Assembly: GCF_000485595.1 (NCBI RefSeq)
Contig: NW_014577084.1
Location: 431,149 to 495,148, forward strand
DNA: 64,000 nt
Reading direction: 5' to 3'
DNA from: Priapulus caudatus
Lineage: Eukaryota
Shown: piece after piece, positions 1 to 12,185 of the stretch
How positions within the stretch are numbered: position 1 is the first letter of the stretch
How the letters are laid out: each line of letters begins with the position of its first letter
The notes under the pieces: generated by a model
Seen by the model: the letters and a program-made list of their open reading frames with translations, nothing else
What the model was told of the DNA's origin: nothing
Database searches by the model: none
Translations under genes and position numbers: made by a program

Positions 1-518
1 GCGCACATCAGGAATTGTCACATAATATGCGCACAGGTTTCTCTTCACAGATAGTTTCGCGTGTAGGTGAGCGTCACCGGAACTACAGGTCTATGATGGT
101 AACTGCATGCCCTATTATTATGTACTGAAACGAATTGGTTTACAGCTAGGTGCTATTAGTAGCTAGTTTTTGCCCTAGACCTTGCAGATAGATCCCTTCT
201 TTGAATGCCACTGGGTTATAGTGCTGAGACAACATAGACACAACGTGGACGAGGACTGAAAGTACTGGGAAGACAATTAATTACATTGAGGGAGCAGAGG
301 AGATCTCCAATGAGCCGTGGCCGAAAACTAGTTGCCGCAGGGAGACACCGCGCGCTCGATACTGGTTTGTGAGAAACAATGTATTCTATATAACCTTTCT
401 TCGCCAATGGAAATGAATCCGTTATTATGCGCAAAAGAGGAATTCGTTTTCACCGGCAATAAAATGTGCATGTCGCGGAAATATGGCACGCAGGTAGCGC
501 GCTAGCGCCACGCGGTCT

Positions 519-532
519 GTAACCATAGATAC
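519..532. promoter_or_regulatory. Possible RFX X-box-like motif
   Basis: GTAACCATAGATAC is an imperfect palindrome resembling the X-box GTNRCC-N-RGYAAC, in a CpG-richer patch upstream of the HMG gene. Confidence 0.25.
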
Positions 533-948
533 CAGGCCGCCACCTGTCATCAGCTGTTCCATAATCATTGCATAGATTCCGTGTTGTGAATTTCGTTCTC
601 ATATACATTTGAGTTCTATTTTATACTATTCACTGTTGTACGAACAAGTCAGCACTGTTGTCTCTTTGTTATTAAGTTACCTTGAACTAGTTCAAGTCAC
701 ATGTGCGTGAATTTAGTCGGTACTACAACGGTAGGTTATAAATCATAAAACTTGTTGTAATCTTTGGCCTAGGCCTACAATGTAGGTTACTTGTACGGCG
801 GTAGCGGGTATAGGGACTATAAATGTAATACAGTATACGTCTATAGACTATAGCCTATATATACTATAGGGTGTAGCATAGTTAAACAAAATTTTATGTG
901 TTTGTATATATAATATATCTCTGTGGGTGTAGGTATACTAATACTATT

Positions 949-1120
949 GCTCAGAGGGTATACCCGTCCCCCAGGGTACTGCCTGGGTACGGTCCGGTAT
1001 GCCGGAACGTACCCTGGTCACTATTTGATATGGTTAGGGTTAGGATTAGGGTTAGGGTTTGCGTTAGGGAGTAGGCGTAGGCGACTCCCTAGACTCGTTA
1101 GTGGAGTAGGCGAGGTACGG
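949..1120. mobile_element. Truncated copy of the TTAGGG-containing MITE seen complete at 25560-25800
   Basis: Shares CCCCCAGGGTACTG...GTCACTATTTGATATGGTTAGGGTTAGG...GGCGACTCCCTAGACTCGTTAGTGGAGTAGGCGAGGTACGG. Further fragments at 1452-1522 and 3913-3997. Confidence 0.8.
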
Positions 1121-1693
1121 GGCCCCTGTCTGCTTCATTCCATCAATGCAGGCACTGTCATTGGTCTTATTCGAGTGCGTTTCCCCTGAAGCAAACTCCC
1201 ATGTGACCTTGGAATCCTGGCATTGGTTGCGAGTTTCCTTTACGGTTGTCTTCTTTCCTTCTGAAAGGCCAACACATTTTTTCATTGATCTATCTAACTC
1301 TACAAATGTGAAGAGTATACGCATTTCATCCTTCTGCAATACTTTAGCATTTGTGTAGCTTGCAAATATACATGGTGTCTTAGTTAATTGCGGGAACTTT
1401 CATCTCATTATAAAAAATTATATCAAGCCAGGAGTATGTGTGATAAGTGCAGCTCATAGGGTACATGTCCCCCAGGGTACTGCCGGAACGTACCCTGGTC
1501 ACTATTTGATATGGTTAGGGTTATATCTGATCGGCGATGTGCAGCGTAGTCACTTCAAGTCGACATGAGTGTTGCTACGCTGCTAATCGGCGATAAAGTA
1601 GTCGCCGATAGTCAAATCGTAGGCCGACATAAGCGGGCCTTAGAGTGGGTTCGCGTGCATGTGGTAGTGTTGACATGTTGTGGTTTTATTATA

Positions 1694-2238
1694 GGCCGTG
1701 GCTATTCTTACGACCAGTCGTAACAATTATTTATGGACTATTCTTACGACATGCAACGCATAATAGTTAATAGTTCCGGTAACGCATGCGCAGTTACAAA
1801 TTGTTGGACTTGTATATCTGCCGTATACTTTCCGTATATCAAGGAATGATGCAAAAATCCTAACCCCTAACCCAACCCGAACCCTAACACTAACTATAAA
1901 CCGACTCGGCTATCTTATATATACTATCTATGGTATCCCTAACACTATGGTGTATAGATAGCCACTGTCGTCACACTGAGACATGTCGTAAGAATAGTCC
2001 ATAAATAATTGTTACGACTGGTCGTAAGAATAGCCACGGCGTTTATGGCACGCTGTGGCTATATGCCCGGCAGCCGGGCACGGTCTTCGACTTCCTAAAT
2101 GCCCGGCAGTCCCTAACCCTAACCCTTGTTTACTTGAGATAACACTGAAAATTAAAAAATGCCGGGCATTTGGGAAATTGAAGACCGTGCCCGGCAGCCG
2201 TCAGATATATGCCGGCTGCCGGGAATATAGCCACTCTG
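1694..2238. mobile_element. Two adjacent TIR MITEs with central CCCTAA repeats inside one 9-bp TSD
   Basis: TIR pair GCCGTGGCTATTCTTACGACCAGTCG.../...CGACTGGTCGTAAGAATAGCCACGGC (1695-2040) and a second pair GTGGCTATAT.../...ATATAGCCAC (~2055-2234). TTTATTATA lies at 1685-1693 and 2239-2247. Confidence 0.75.
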
Positions 2239-2254
2239 TTTATTATATCACTAT

Positions 2255-2996
2255 CAAGAGCGTATAAAGAAGGAGAGCGTACAACGGTGAAATGCTGAAA
2301 CCATGTTGCAGTATTAGTCGAATTAATAAACTTTCCCCATTTTATTTTGACGATCCAGTATTATTGATCAGCTGTCCTACCTTGTTAATATAAAACAAAC
2401 TGCATGTCCCTACGATGCCTCTACGCTGAGATAATAACCGGTGAAAATCTGGTATTTTCGCCGAAAACCGACTCCAGATCAGTCAGTACTGCGACTGTCT
2501 CTCGTTTTGTGCACTGTATGTTGCTTCCAGTTGCCGCTGTGTAGTGCTGACTCGATACGTTATTACTGCAGCGTTACTACATCCAGCGTAAGGGGCGGGT
2601 CATCACCATGGCGATAAATAACAAGACGTTTTTGTGGAGTAATGGCTGCGTCAATGACTGGAAATGCGAGAAAAGATAGTAGAAGGAAAATAAATTTCAT
2701 TGTCAATGAATGACGGAAACACGCGAGGTTTCCTGAAGATCTCGCCAGAATGAGAGACAGTTGCAGTACTGACTGATCTGGAGTCGGTTTTCGGTGAAAA
2801 TACCAGATTTTCACCGCTCATTATCTCAGCATAGGGACAAGCGGTTTGTTTTATATTAGCAAGGTCAAGGACAGCTGATCAATAATACTGCAAAGAATCG
2901 TCAAAATAAAACAGGGAAAGTTTATGAATTCGACTACTACTGCAACATGGTTTCAGCATTTCACCGTTGTACGCTCTCCTTCTTTATACGCTCTTG
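2255..2996. mobile_element. Foldback non-autonomous element with ~250-bp TIRs (CAAGAGCGTATAAAG... terminus)
   Basis: 2255-2505 is the near reverse complement of 2752-2996; termini CAAGAG/CTCTTG. Confidence 0.85.
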
Positions 2997-3199
2997 ATTA
3001 TATTCATATGTTTTTGATTGTACAAATTTTCATCACTTATACTATAGTTATACTTATAGGAAAGTTAACTAGTAAAATTTATAACAGATGGTATATTATG
3101 TATTTTCAGGATTTCGGTGGTTGTACTGTTTTTGGAACACACATTCGCTATGAAGCATCCAGCCAACGAATTACTACCATTTGGTTAGTGAGAAGAAGA

Positions 3200-3911
3200 G
3201 AGTTAATAAAGACAAAGGAGTTTGACACGTATTTGGTACTGATTTCACTACATTTTGTCGTACGAGTTCGATGCGAATAAAAATACAAATGTATACAAAC
3301 ATCAGCTTCTTTTGTTCACCTTATTCTATCTTCTGGTAGTATTACAAACCGCATAGCTTTCTTTGTTTTGACATAAATCGTACTTTTGCACGACATGGTT
3401 TTCACGTTATTTACCGTCGTGTGGCGAGGCCAAGCGGTAAATTCGCATACACAGCAAATGAAAGGAGGCGCGGCAGTGCTTTTAGGCCGTAGTCTAGCCG
3501 AGTGCAGAAAATGCGCTTAGAAATTAAGTTACGTTGCACCCATGCTAGGTTTAAAAATTAAAACTATTTTACATTGAAACTGTAGTTAGAATGCCTTGTT
3601 TTATTGTTGATTACCGCAGTTTTTTTAAATAAAAGCTGCGCTGGTAAAATATCTGAACTACTTCACCCGCGGAGGGATGATGTGTATGAGTCTTATAGCA
3701 AGTAAATAACGTGAAAACCATGTCGTGCAAAAGTACGATTTATGTCAAAACGAAGGAAGCTACGCAGTTTGTAATACTACCGAAAGATAGAATAAGGACC
3801 AGTGAACAAAAGAAGCTCATGTTTGTATACATTTGTATTTTTATTCACATTGAACTCGTACGACAAAATGTAGTGAAATCAGTACCAAATACGTGTCAAA
3901 CTCCTTTGTCT
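3200..3911. mobile_element. Foldback non-autonomous element with ~200-bp TIRs (GAGTTAATAAAGACAAA terminus), right tip truncated
   Basis: 3211-3413 is the near reverse complement of 3703-3911. The left tip matches the arms of the 11658-11698 palindrome. Confidence 0.8.
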
Positions 3912-4007
3912 GATAGTTACCAGGGTACGTTTCGGTATACCGGACCGTACCCAGGGTACGTTCCGGCAGTACCCTGGGGGACATAGACCCTATGAGCGTA
4001 ATTGTTT

Positions 4008-4229
4008 AGTAGCGGATCGAAGATTCCAAAGAGGCGGGTGAAAAACAGGCGGGTGTATGGGGGGTCCTCCCCCAGAAAATTTTTAAAATGTAGATCGCAG
4101 GAGATGGTATTTGAGGCACTTTTGAGTACATGTACAGCCTACATTCTGACTACGACAATTTTCTTTTTTTTAACTTTTGAATCAACAGGGGGGGGCATGG
4201 CCCCCTTTGGCCCTCCTAACTACGCCACT
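4008..4229. mobile_element. MITE-like repeat ending GGGGGGGCATGGCCCCC...CTACGCCACTG
   Basis: G-run/C-run subterminal hairpin and CTACGCCACTG end. Similar ends at ~22905-22955 and ~24647-24682. Confidence 0.5.
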
Positions 4230-4466
4230 GTTTCAGGTTATTTTTTATATCCTATCTTATGTATTTTCCTCATAAAAAGTAGGGTCTGTTCTCTTGCACG
4301 ACTTGTGTACGAATCCGCTGAAAGACTTTATACATACCTTGAACATACATAATAAATTAAAAAATGTTGCTGTTAGTAACAATTAAGTTAATGGTTGTCT
4401 AAATATGATATAATCCAATTATAATATTGAATTGAGATTTTACAGGTGGGAACTCATTTAGTAGAT

Positions 4467-7400
4467 ATGCCGCTTGTAAGATCTTGCTATGATATGAATG
4501 GCACAAAGATCCCTCGACCTTCTAATGCATTTATGGTATTCTCCAATGAGCATAGAAAATTTTTAGCTGACAAGTTTCAAGGAGAAGGTTTGTTTGTTAC
4601 AATGTCAGAACATCTGTGTGTATTCCTGTTTGTCTGTCTCTCTGCATGACAGTCTGTCTGCCTGTCTATCTCAGTATCTGTCTATCTGTCCATCCGTCTA
4701 ATGGTCTCTGTTTCTCTTTCTCTGTTTCTGTTTCTGTTCTCTTTCTGTTTCTCTGGTCTCTCTTTCTCTCTCCGTCCCCTTCCCTCCTTTCCCCTCCCCC
4801 TCTCTCTCATCTCTTTCTGTCTCTGTCTGTCTCTCTCTATATAGGCTTATATATATTTATTTATTTATAAATATAAATATTATTTATTTATTTATATGTT
4901 TATTTATGTATTTATATGTAGCCCTGTATAAGTGGTGCCTTGTAATTGATAAATTATAGTAGTGGAATGTAAATATGTAAATTTTACTCCTTTTTTATCA
5001 ATCAATTTTATGTCACTGGACATTGTAGGGAACAACAGTATCAGCATAAGGCTGGGTGATATGTGGAAGTCACTTAATTCACCTGAAAAGGCCAAATACT
5101 TTGAAGAAGCCAGAAGGTTAGACTTGGAGCACAAGGCAATGTATCCAAGTGAGTTAAATCAATTTATGTCAAATTTTCAAGTTAACAATTTCACAGCAAT
5201 GTTGTAAATGTTGCTTTTAGCCTAATATTGTCTTGCATAGGCTTACTGATAATGTCTGTTATCTTTTGTGGTACAAAGATTACCAGTATTGCCCAAAGGA
5301 GAACCGAAAACGGAAAGAGAATTTCCTAGACATAACCAGAACATGCTGCCAGAGCAACCACGTGTCATTTGACTCAAAACCATGTGCTCGCATACCAAAG
5401 CCAAAAGCACGTAAACGCAGGAGTATGAAAAGCAATCAGCTGTATGCAGTATTACCATCCCAGATCCCAAATGAGTTAGTATATATATCTATCTATTCAT
5501 AAACTCAAATGAATTATTATTTGCAGTAATAATGAGTTTATTCTCCATCATTTTAGTAAGGTATAGGTGTGAGTAACATTGTGGTTTTGTAGCAACCAAT
5601 ATATATAAGTATTGTTATTCTATATTAAAGGCAATTGTAAATTATAACGAAGGATAATAAGTGTATGACATAAAGGTTTATTAGTGTATATAACGTGAAA
5701 AATGATTATGAATATTTTCTCATAGGCCTCCCATGTTAGTGGTATTTGACAGGAAGCAGCTAAGGCAAGAACAAATAGAGGCTTTGACTGGCAACTTCAG
5801 GTCAGATAATGCTACTCATGGAAATGCTGCCTCAACATGTTGTGTTACTGGTATAATAATTACAGCAAAAAGAGTATTCAAACTATATTTATTCTAATAA
5901 ATGTAGTGTTGTGGAATCCTTGAATATTTGTGAAATATTCCACATCAATCGATTATTGCTATTAAAATATTACCGTAGTATAAAATATTAACAGTAGTGT
6001 AAGTTTATTTTAATGATTTTATTTCATTTGATTTTATACAGGATGTTGCATATCAAATAATAAACCTAATATAAAGGACTTAACTTAATATTGATCACAA
6101 GTATGATAATATTTGGAGCATTTCAACTGTCACTTTATTTTATTAGAATAATGTTGTTTTTTTGCTTTAGATAGCCTGTGTGATGACATCCATGGCAGTT
6201 TACTTGATGGAGCAGCAACAGTAGTGGCATCAGATCACACAACGACTGCATTATCCGCTAATAGAGTTCCACGGGAACTCTGCTGTGTAGGTGACCAATA
6301 GTAATACATAACTAATTATAATATTCTCGTTCTCCCCTCTCTCTCTCCAGTGCTCTACACAGTCGGTTGCCCGGTTGCCAATGGCGACCAAAACTTCTGC
6401 TGGGCGATTAAAAAATACCAAAAACAAAATTGGGCGAGTACAATTTCTGTTTGGCGTTAACACAGCGCAAAACAAGTGCTCAGATTTCGATTTATCGCAA
6501 CACTCGGCGGACACGGCTTTCCTATGTAAAGGGAGATAATGCGGGTCAGGGAAGTTAGCTCCCAGTTCCCAGTTCCTTATTCGAATAAGGAACTATAGTA
6601 ACTAGGCAATTTTAATAAAGAAGGGGCAATAATGTATTATTTGATATCAAAACTATAGTAGAAAAGGAAATTGTTCTGAGGTACATAGGGAAAAAAGTGA
6701 CACATAGTTTACTCGTGACCAACTTTTTTTTCCTGTATTTCACACATGTGGTAGGACTTTCACTTGTGTACTTATTCTATTGTAGAAAAGCAATGCAAAG
6801 GCATGTGAATTTACAAGCTACAGAGAGCTAGTACATTGTGCTGAATCTGGCGTTGCCTACAGAAGGTATAGATGTGTATTTACTAGGTCATATTTAGGCT
6901 GCTATATGAACATTTCACATTTTTCTGGTCTACATATTCACTAACCTAGTTGTATAATCAAATATCTTTATGACATGGAATTCTCATAATATATTGACAG
7001 AGCCACTGTACCCAGTCAAAGTTATAGAAAAACTAAGCATTTATGTAATAGGTAGCAAGGGTGTACATTATGATGGATTTGAAGTTTCTCAGATTTTAGA
7101 GTAACCTATTGCTTATGAATTTCTCTTAATCATGCACATCTCCAATTTCTGTTCTAATTATGATTTTTTCACCTTTTTTTCAGTTGTCGAAAATCAGCAT
7201 GGGAAGAGGAAAAGCATTTCTGGATTTTTCAAGCATGCACATTCACTGTAGGCATTGTCGCAATTATTGTAACCATGCTAAGACAGCATAAAATGCACCA
7301 ACAGACATTGCAGCGCATACAGAAGCAAATTGGAGAGTCTCTTATGTGATGATGGATACTGAATGAAGGCTGCATACTTTTACCATCACCTGATCTGTAC

Positions 7401-9564
7401 CGTATAATACTGAATAAACATGTTGTTACTAGATCTAGGGCAGCTGAATCAGTATATTAGTATGGGAAATTTCACCCCATGTAAAGATTATTGAATTAAT
7501 GAACATAATCCCTAACATAAACCCTAACCCTCCGGCTTCTTTTATTTCATTCAGTATATGATTAGGTTGACAATTTTAGCAAGGAAATTTGTGCTCTCAT
7601 ACACCTGAAATATCTGTTATCTATCTGCATGAGTGCATGCAGTAGGCCTATATTGTCTCTAGACATATTAACTTTTGTACCATATGTGCATGTGTTATGT
7701 ATGATATGTATGGTTCTAGGACAAATACCCCCCCGGACAATTACTCCCCATGCCATTTTATATATATATATCACAGTGAATTAAATTAAAATTTTCTATC
7801 TTTTAGGGTAGCATTCGATTGCAAGATTCCCATGGCTGTGAAATTGCAGTGGAAGAATTGCCAGCTGATCATGACCATACTCGTCACAGTCACGGTCAGG
7901 CTTGGCCATGTCAGACTGGACATTCTTTGTCATCAGATAGTGGTTACAACGACTCTCTTCCCAATATCTGTAAGATTGCATGCTGTTTTCCATCTAGCAC
8001 AGAGTATCTATAATCTGGCTAAATTCACTATTGTTATAAATTGTTGTTTGTATTTCACCATTTTCATTTGGATTAAATCAAGTAAATAACAAGTTTTTAA
8101 AGCCTAGAAATATTAAATTATTTGTTTACAAACCACCAAGTGTTATATTGTAGTTCTCTTATACTATATAGTGTCAGTTTTATGTATTTTTAGATACATT
8201 TTCTCATGCATTGTGTGAGAATTCCCAGCAGGGTAGCCCCTGCCAACACATTGACAAACAACGCATTAGTAGAAAAGATTGTCTCATATTGGAGCACAGC
8301 TACAACCATAAGGAAAGAGTACAGGTATGGCATGGATGTGGGTAATGTAATTGTATGTAACCATACTGATATAACTCTAACGTTTATTACAACAATCTTT
8401 TCTACACTAGGTGGCATTTAATAACTAATGGGTTTATATATTTCCTCATTATTTGGCAAGAGACTCCTTACTTAACAACAACTCCATGCGATAATTTATG
8501 TGTTCGTATGAGATCATCACAGACCCGTTTGTTTATAACAATCAGCAAGGTCAAAGAAACTTATTAGACATAGGATATGAGGTGGTGAAGGTAAAGTAAG
8601 TATTTTTTGGCCTTCATGGAATCTGAGATAGTTTGCATGTATATTAGTACGTTTTTTGCTTTTCTAGGAAAGTCAAGTTTTACATATTCCCGAGGAGAAG
8701 CCGGTTTATGCGACTACGCAACAACAGGGGATTCATTCACATGATCAAAGTCGCTTCTATTATCATGATGCTGGTTATGAATTTTCAAACCACTGCCAGA
8801 GGGAGTTGTTGGATGCATCCTGGTGCCACAAAGAAATGCAAGAGGGGTGCGTTAGCTCACTGCAACAGATAGGCTTTGATGGGGACTCACATGTCCACAA
8901 GCCTCATGTAAGTGACATGTTATCAGGATCAGATTGTGCATACCCATCAACGTTTGATTGGCACTCTGCTAAGATATGTGGTGCTGGTGGTGATAACAAT
9001 GACCATTCACATTTTCCATGGGACAGACACGTGGTCACACATTTGAATGGCACTGCACTATCTGACCTTGTTGCTCATGATCTCCCCCCTATGGAAGCTG
9101 CCAATCAGCCTGTTCATATCACGGAACAGAAGAAAAGTAAAGATGTTGTTAGCCTCAGAAGAACTGTAGAAGGCGAGAACGCCCAAATGAAACGTAGCTG
9201 GAATCTGGGCTACGCGTCTGCTGGCAAAGATGGAGCATTTGCTTTCAGAGAACATAATACCATGGGTGGTTGTCAGTTTCCGGAAAGCGATGGCAGTAGT
9301 AGCTGTGGAGATCGGGTTTCAGCTTTCCCTGTAAATTCTGTGGGCTTTTCATCCAATGGAAATGTGGCAGCTACTGCTACCTTCACTGCCAATGACACAC
9401 CCCTCAGCCTTGAAAACTGCCACCTGGATAATGCTGAACACACTGAAAAAGTCATGCAAGGCTCAGAGCAAGCAGTGAGTGCCAGATGTGATCTCGCAAC
9501 TAATATACTGTCTACCGCAATTGCAGCAACATTCCCTGAAGGAGTGCCATTCGGTGGTGTCTGA
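4467..9564 (+). CDS. Sox-like (SOX/MATA-class) HMG-box transcription factor, multi-exon
   Basis: Spliced exons 4467-4587, 5029-5148, 5279-5474, 5726-5850 and 6171-~6286/6290 are in frame with GT-AG borders. They give MPLVRSCYDMNGTKIPRPSNAFMVFSNEHRKFLADKFQGEGNNSISIRLGDMWKSLNSPEKAKYFEEARRLDLEHKAMYPNYQYCPKENRKRKE, an HMG box with RPxNAFM signature and basic tail. Middle exons (6786-6865, ~7184, 7807-7969, ~8194) are uncertain. Long open last exon ~8668-9564 ends in TGA. Confidence 0.8.
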
Positions 9565-9775
9565 AATTTTTGTCTTGTAATATAGCCACATGTAAGGAAG
9601 TAGCGGGGAAAAAGTTGCAGTTGGATTCTTAGGTGTTACAGACTTTATATGCAAAAAACATTCTGCCAGTGATAGATTGGTTAAGAAAGTCATAAATCTT
9701 ACCGAGATATTGATTGCAACGTTATATGAAATTATTAATTATTTGGTACTACTGTTAAAAGGAATGACATTTGTT

Positions 9776-11280
9776 TATTAAAGTTGTTATTACAGTAGAA
9801 ACAAACTTTACTTTTTATTAATTAAATTAATTTTAATTTAAAAATTTATTGAAGTTTATACACATTGTTTTTGAGTTGACACTAGCTTACATTTTATTTC
9901 TTAATATAATATTTGTGTAGATTTGATTATTTGTGTATTAAAGTTGTTATTACAGTGGAGACAAACATTATTTTTTGTTAATTAAATTAATTTTAATTTA
10001 AACATTTATTGAAGTTTATACACATTGTTTTTTGAGTTGACACTAGCTTACACTTTATTTCTTAATATATATAATATTTGTGTAGATTTGATTATTTGTG
10101 TATTAAAGTTGTTATTACAGTGGAAACAAACATTATTTTTTGTTAATTAAATTAATTTTCATATATAAATTTTTTGAAGTTTATACACATTAGCCTCGTC
10201 TACACGACGAACTTTAACTCGAGTTAAGCTAACTCGAGTTAGCGATTATGTAGCGTCTACACGACAACACCCGATAGCGATTATTACCGATTTATTATGC
10301 ATGCGTGCGTGCGTGTGTATGTAAACGTGCGTGCATGCGTGCGTGCGTGTGTATGTAAACGTGCGTGTGTGCGTGCGTGCGTGTGTACGTACACGCGCGT
10401 TCGTGCATGCGTGCGTGCGTGTGCACGTACACGTGCGTGCATGCGTGAGTGCGTGTGCACGTACACGTGCGTGCGTGCGTGCGTACCTACACGTGCGTGC
10501 ATGCGTGCGTGTACACGTACACGTGCGTGCATGCGTGCGTGTACACGTACACGTGCGTGCATGCAGGGTCATGCGTGGTACACGTAACCGTGCCGTGCGT
10601 GCGTCCGTGTGTGTGCATCGTCGTGGTCCGTGTGTGTGGCACGTACGACCGTGCTGTGCGGCGTTGTGCGGCGGCGCGTGTGCGAGTGCTACACGTTCGT
10701 GCGCTGCGCTGCGCGCTGCTGTGCACGGTACACAGTTGTGCGATGGTTGCGTACGTTGCTTCAGCTGCGATGCGTGCTGCATGCAGATGCACGTAGACGT
10801 GCGTGCCGTGCGGTGCGTTGCACGTACACGTGCGTGCATGAGTGTGTGCGTGTGCAAGTAACGCTGCTCGCGTGATGCTGTGCACGTAAGCGTGCCGTGC
10901 GTGCGTGCATGCCGTGGCACGCTACATGTGCGTGGCGTGCGGTGTGCACGTCACGTCCGTTGCATGAGTGTGTGCGGCGTGTGGAAGTACGCGTGTCGTG
11001 CGTGCGGTGCTACGTACATCCGTACTAGTGCTGCCGCCTATCGTGGAGTGTAAGTTAACTCGAGTTAGCTCTACACGGGCCTTATTAATAACTCGAGTTA
11101 AGTACTCGAGTTAGCTTAACCTCCGATTCGGACTGGCGAGGTTAGCTAACTTCGAGTTAACGTAACTCGAGTTAAGGCCCCGTGTAGACGCTTAACTCGA
11201 GTTAAGGTTCGTCGTGTAGACGTAGCTCTAATAGCTTACACTTTATTTCTTAATATAATATTTGTGTAGATTTGATTAAA
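9776..11280. repeat. ~160-bp AT-rich tandem repeat (3 copies) downstream of the HMG stop, third copy interrupted by a MITE
   Basis: TATTAAAGTTGTTATTACAGT...GTGTAGATTTGATT units start ~9776, ~9936 and ~10101. The third resumes at ~11232. Confidence 0.85.
10192..11227. mobile_element. Harbinger/PIF-like MITE carrying a (GCGT)n microsatellite
   Basis: TIR AGCCTCGTCTACACGACGAACTTTAACTCGAGTTAAG / CTTAACTCGAGTTAAGGTTCGTCGTGTAGACGTAGCT, with repeated AACTCGAGTT palindromes. Confidence 0.7.
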
Positions 11281-11657
11281 TAAACTAATAAATTGTTGCC
11301 AATAGATGTCAATTCTGAACATGCCTATTCCATTGTACATGCATAAAAGTGTGCCAGGTTTCAGTATAAAACTTGTAGTAAAAAATTGTATTAATATTTT
11401 TCACTTTTAAGTTCATTTAACTGAAGGTAATTTTTAATTTGTCTAAAAGAAAAATCGTATATTTATTTTAAACTTCATCATGACTCGTCATTATGAATGA
11501 AATTGCAGTGGTGATTACCAAAGGAAATGCTAGTGTGGTGAAGGAATAGTTGTGTTCAAAATACCAGCTTCTAAACTGGCACTTTATGTATTCAGTGAAG
11601 GTAACGTAGCATACTTTGAGCTAGTATAGTACCCAGATGCTTGGTTATACAAGGTAT

Positions 11658-11698
11658 CAGGAGTTAATAAAGACAAACTTTGTCTTTATTAACTCCTG
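11658..11698. mobile_element. 41-bp palindromic transposon remnant with 7-bp TSD
   Basis: CAGGAGTTAATAAAGACAAA-C-TTTGTCTTTATTAACTCCTG flanked by AAGGTAT on both sides. Confidence 0.8.
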
Positions 11699-11788
11699 AA
11701 GGTATCTCTTAATAACATTGTCCGGTTATTTTCTGTACAAAACACGGGCGGCACATTAACTGATGACATGAAGTTTTTGTTCTGTATA

Positions 11789-11826
<38 letters not shown>

Positions 11827-12185
11827 AGGGTGTGTGTATGATCCATTATTCTCCATCTTGACTTTGTTTAAAACTCCTATTTATTGTAAGTTATTAAACA
11901 AAAATCAACAACATAGTTACTGTTGAACTTAATATTGACTAATTACCACAAAAATATCTGCAACCTAATGCTACATGATGTAACTTAATTGTGGCCGAGG
12001 TGCTCTTGAAACCTAAACAGCTAACGATAGTAAAAATGTTTAAAAATTGTAGGAAAGTTAAAAAAATGTTTTAATCCGATATCTATTTTATTTTATTTTT
12101 TATTTTATTTTTTATATGGCTTTTTAGAACAAGCTCGTACATCAAATACAGTAATTCGTACTACCGAGCGGCCTCCAGATCTATA

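Noticed and set aside
181..434. Possible divergent gene first exon on the minus strand (MLSQHYNPVAFKKGSICK|gt) and 72-aa ORF
   Set aside because: No recognisable domain and no compatible next exon within the window.
1452..3997. One MITE split by 2.4 kb of nested inserts (GCTCATAGGG...CCCTATGAGC)
   Set aside because: The ends are complementary but the flanks share no 9-bp TSD, so these may be two independent fragments.
10246..10990. Long overlapping ORFs rich in HARTH/CVRA
   Set aside because: Translations of a (GCGT)n microsatellite. The same applies to ORFs at 20779-21432, 53677-53956, 62610-62943 and 63121-63490.
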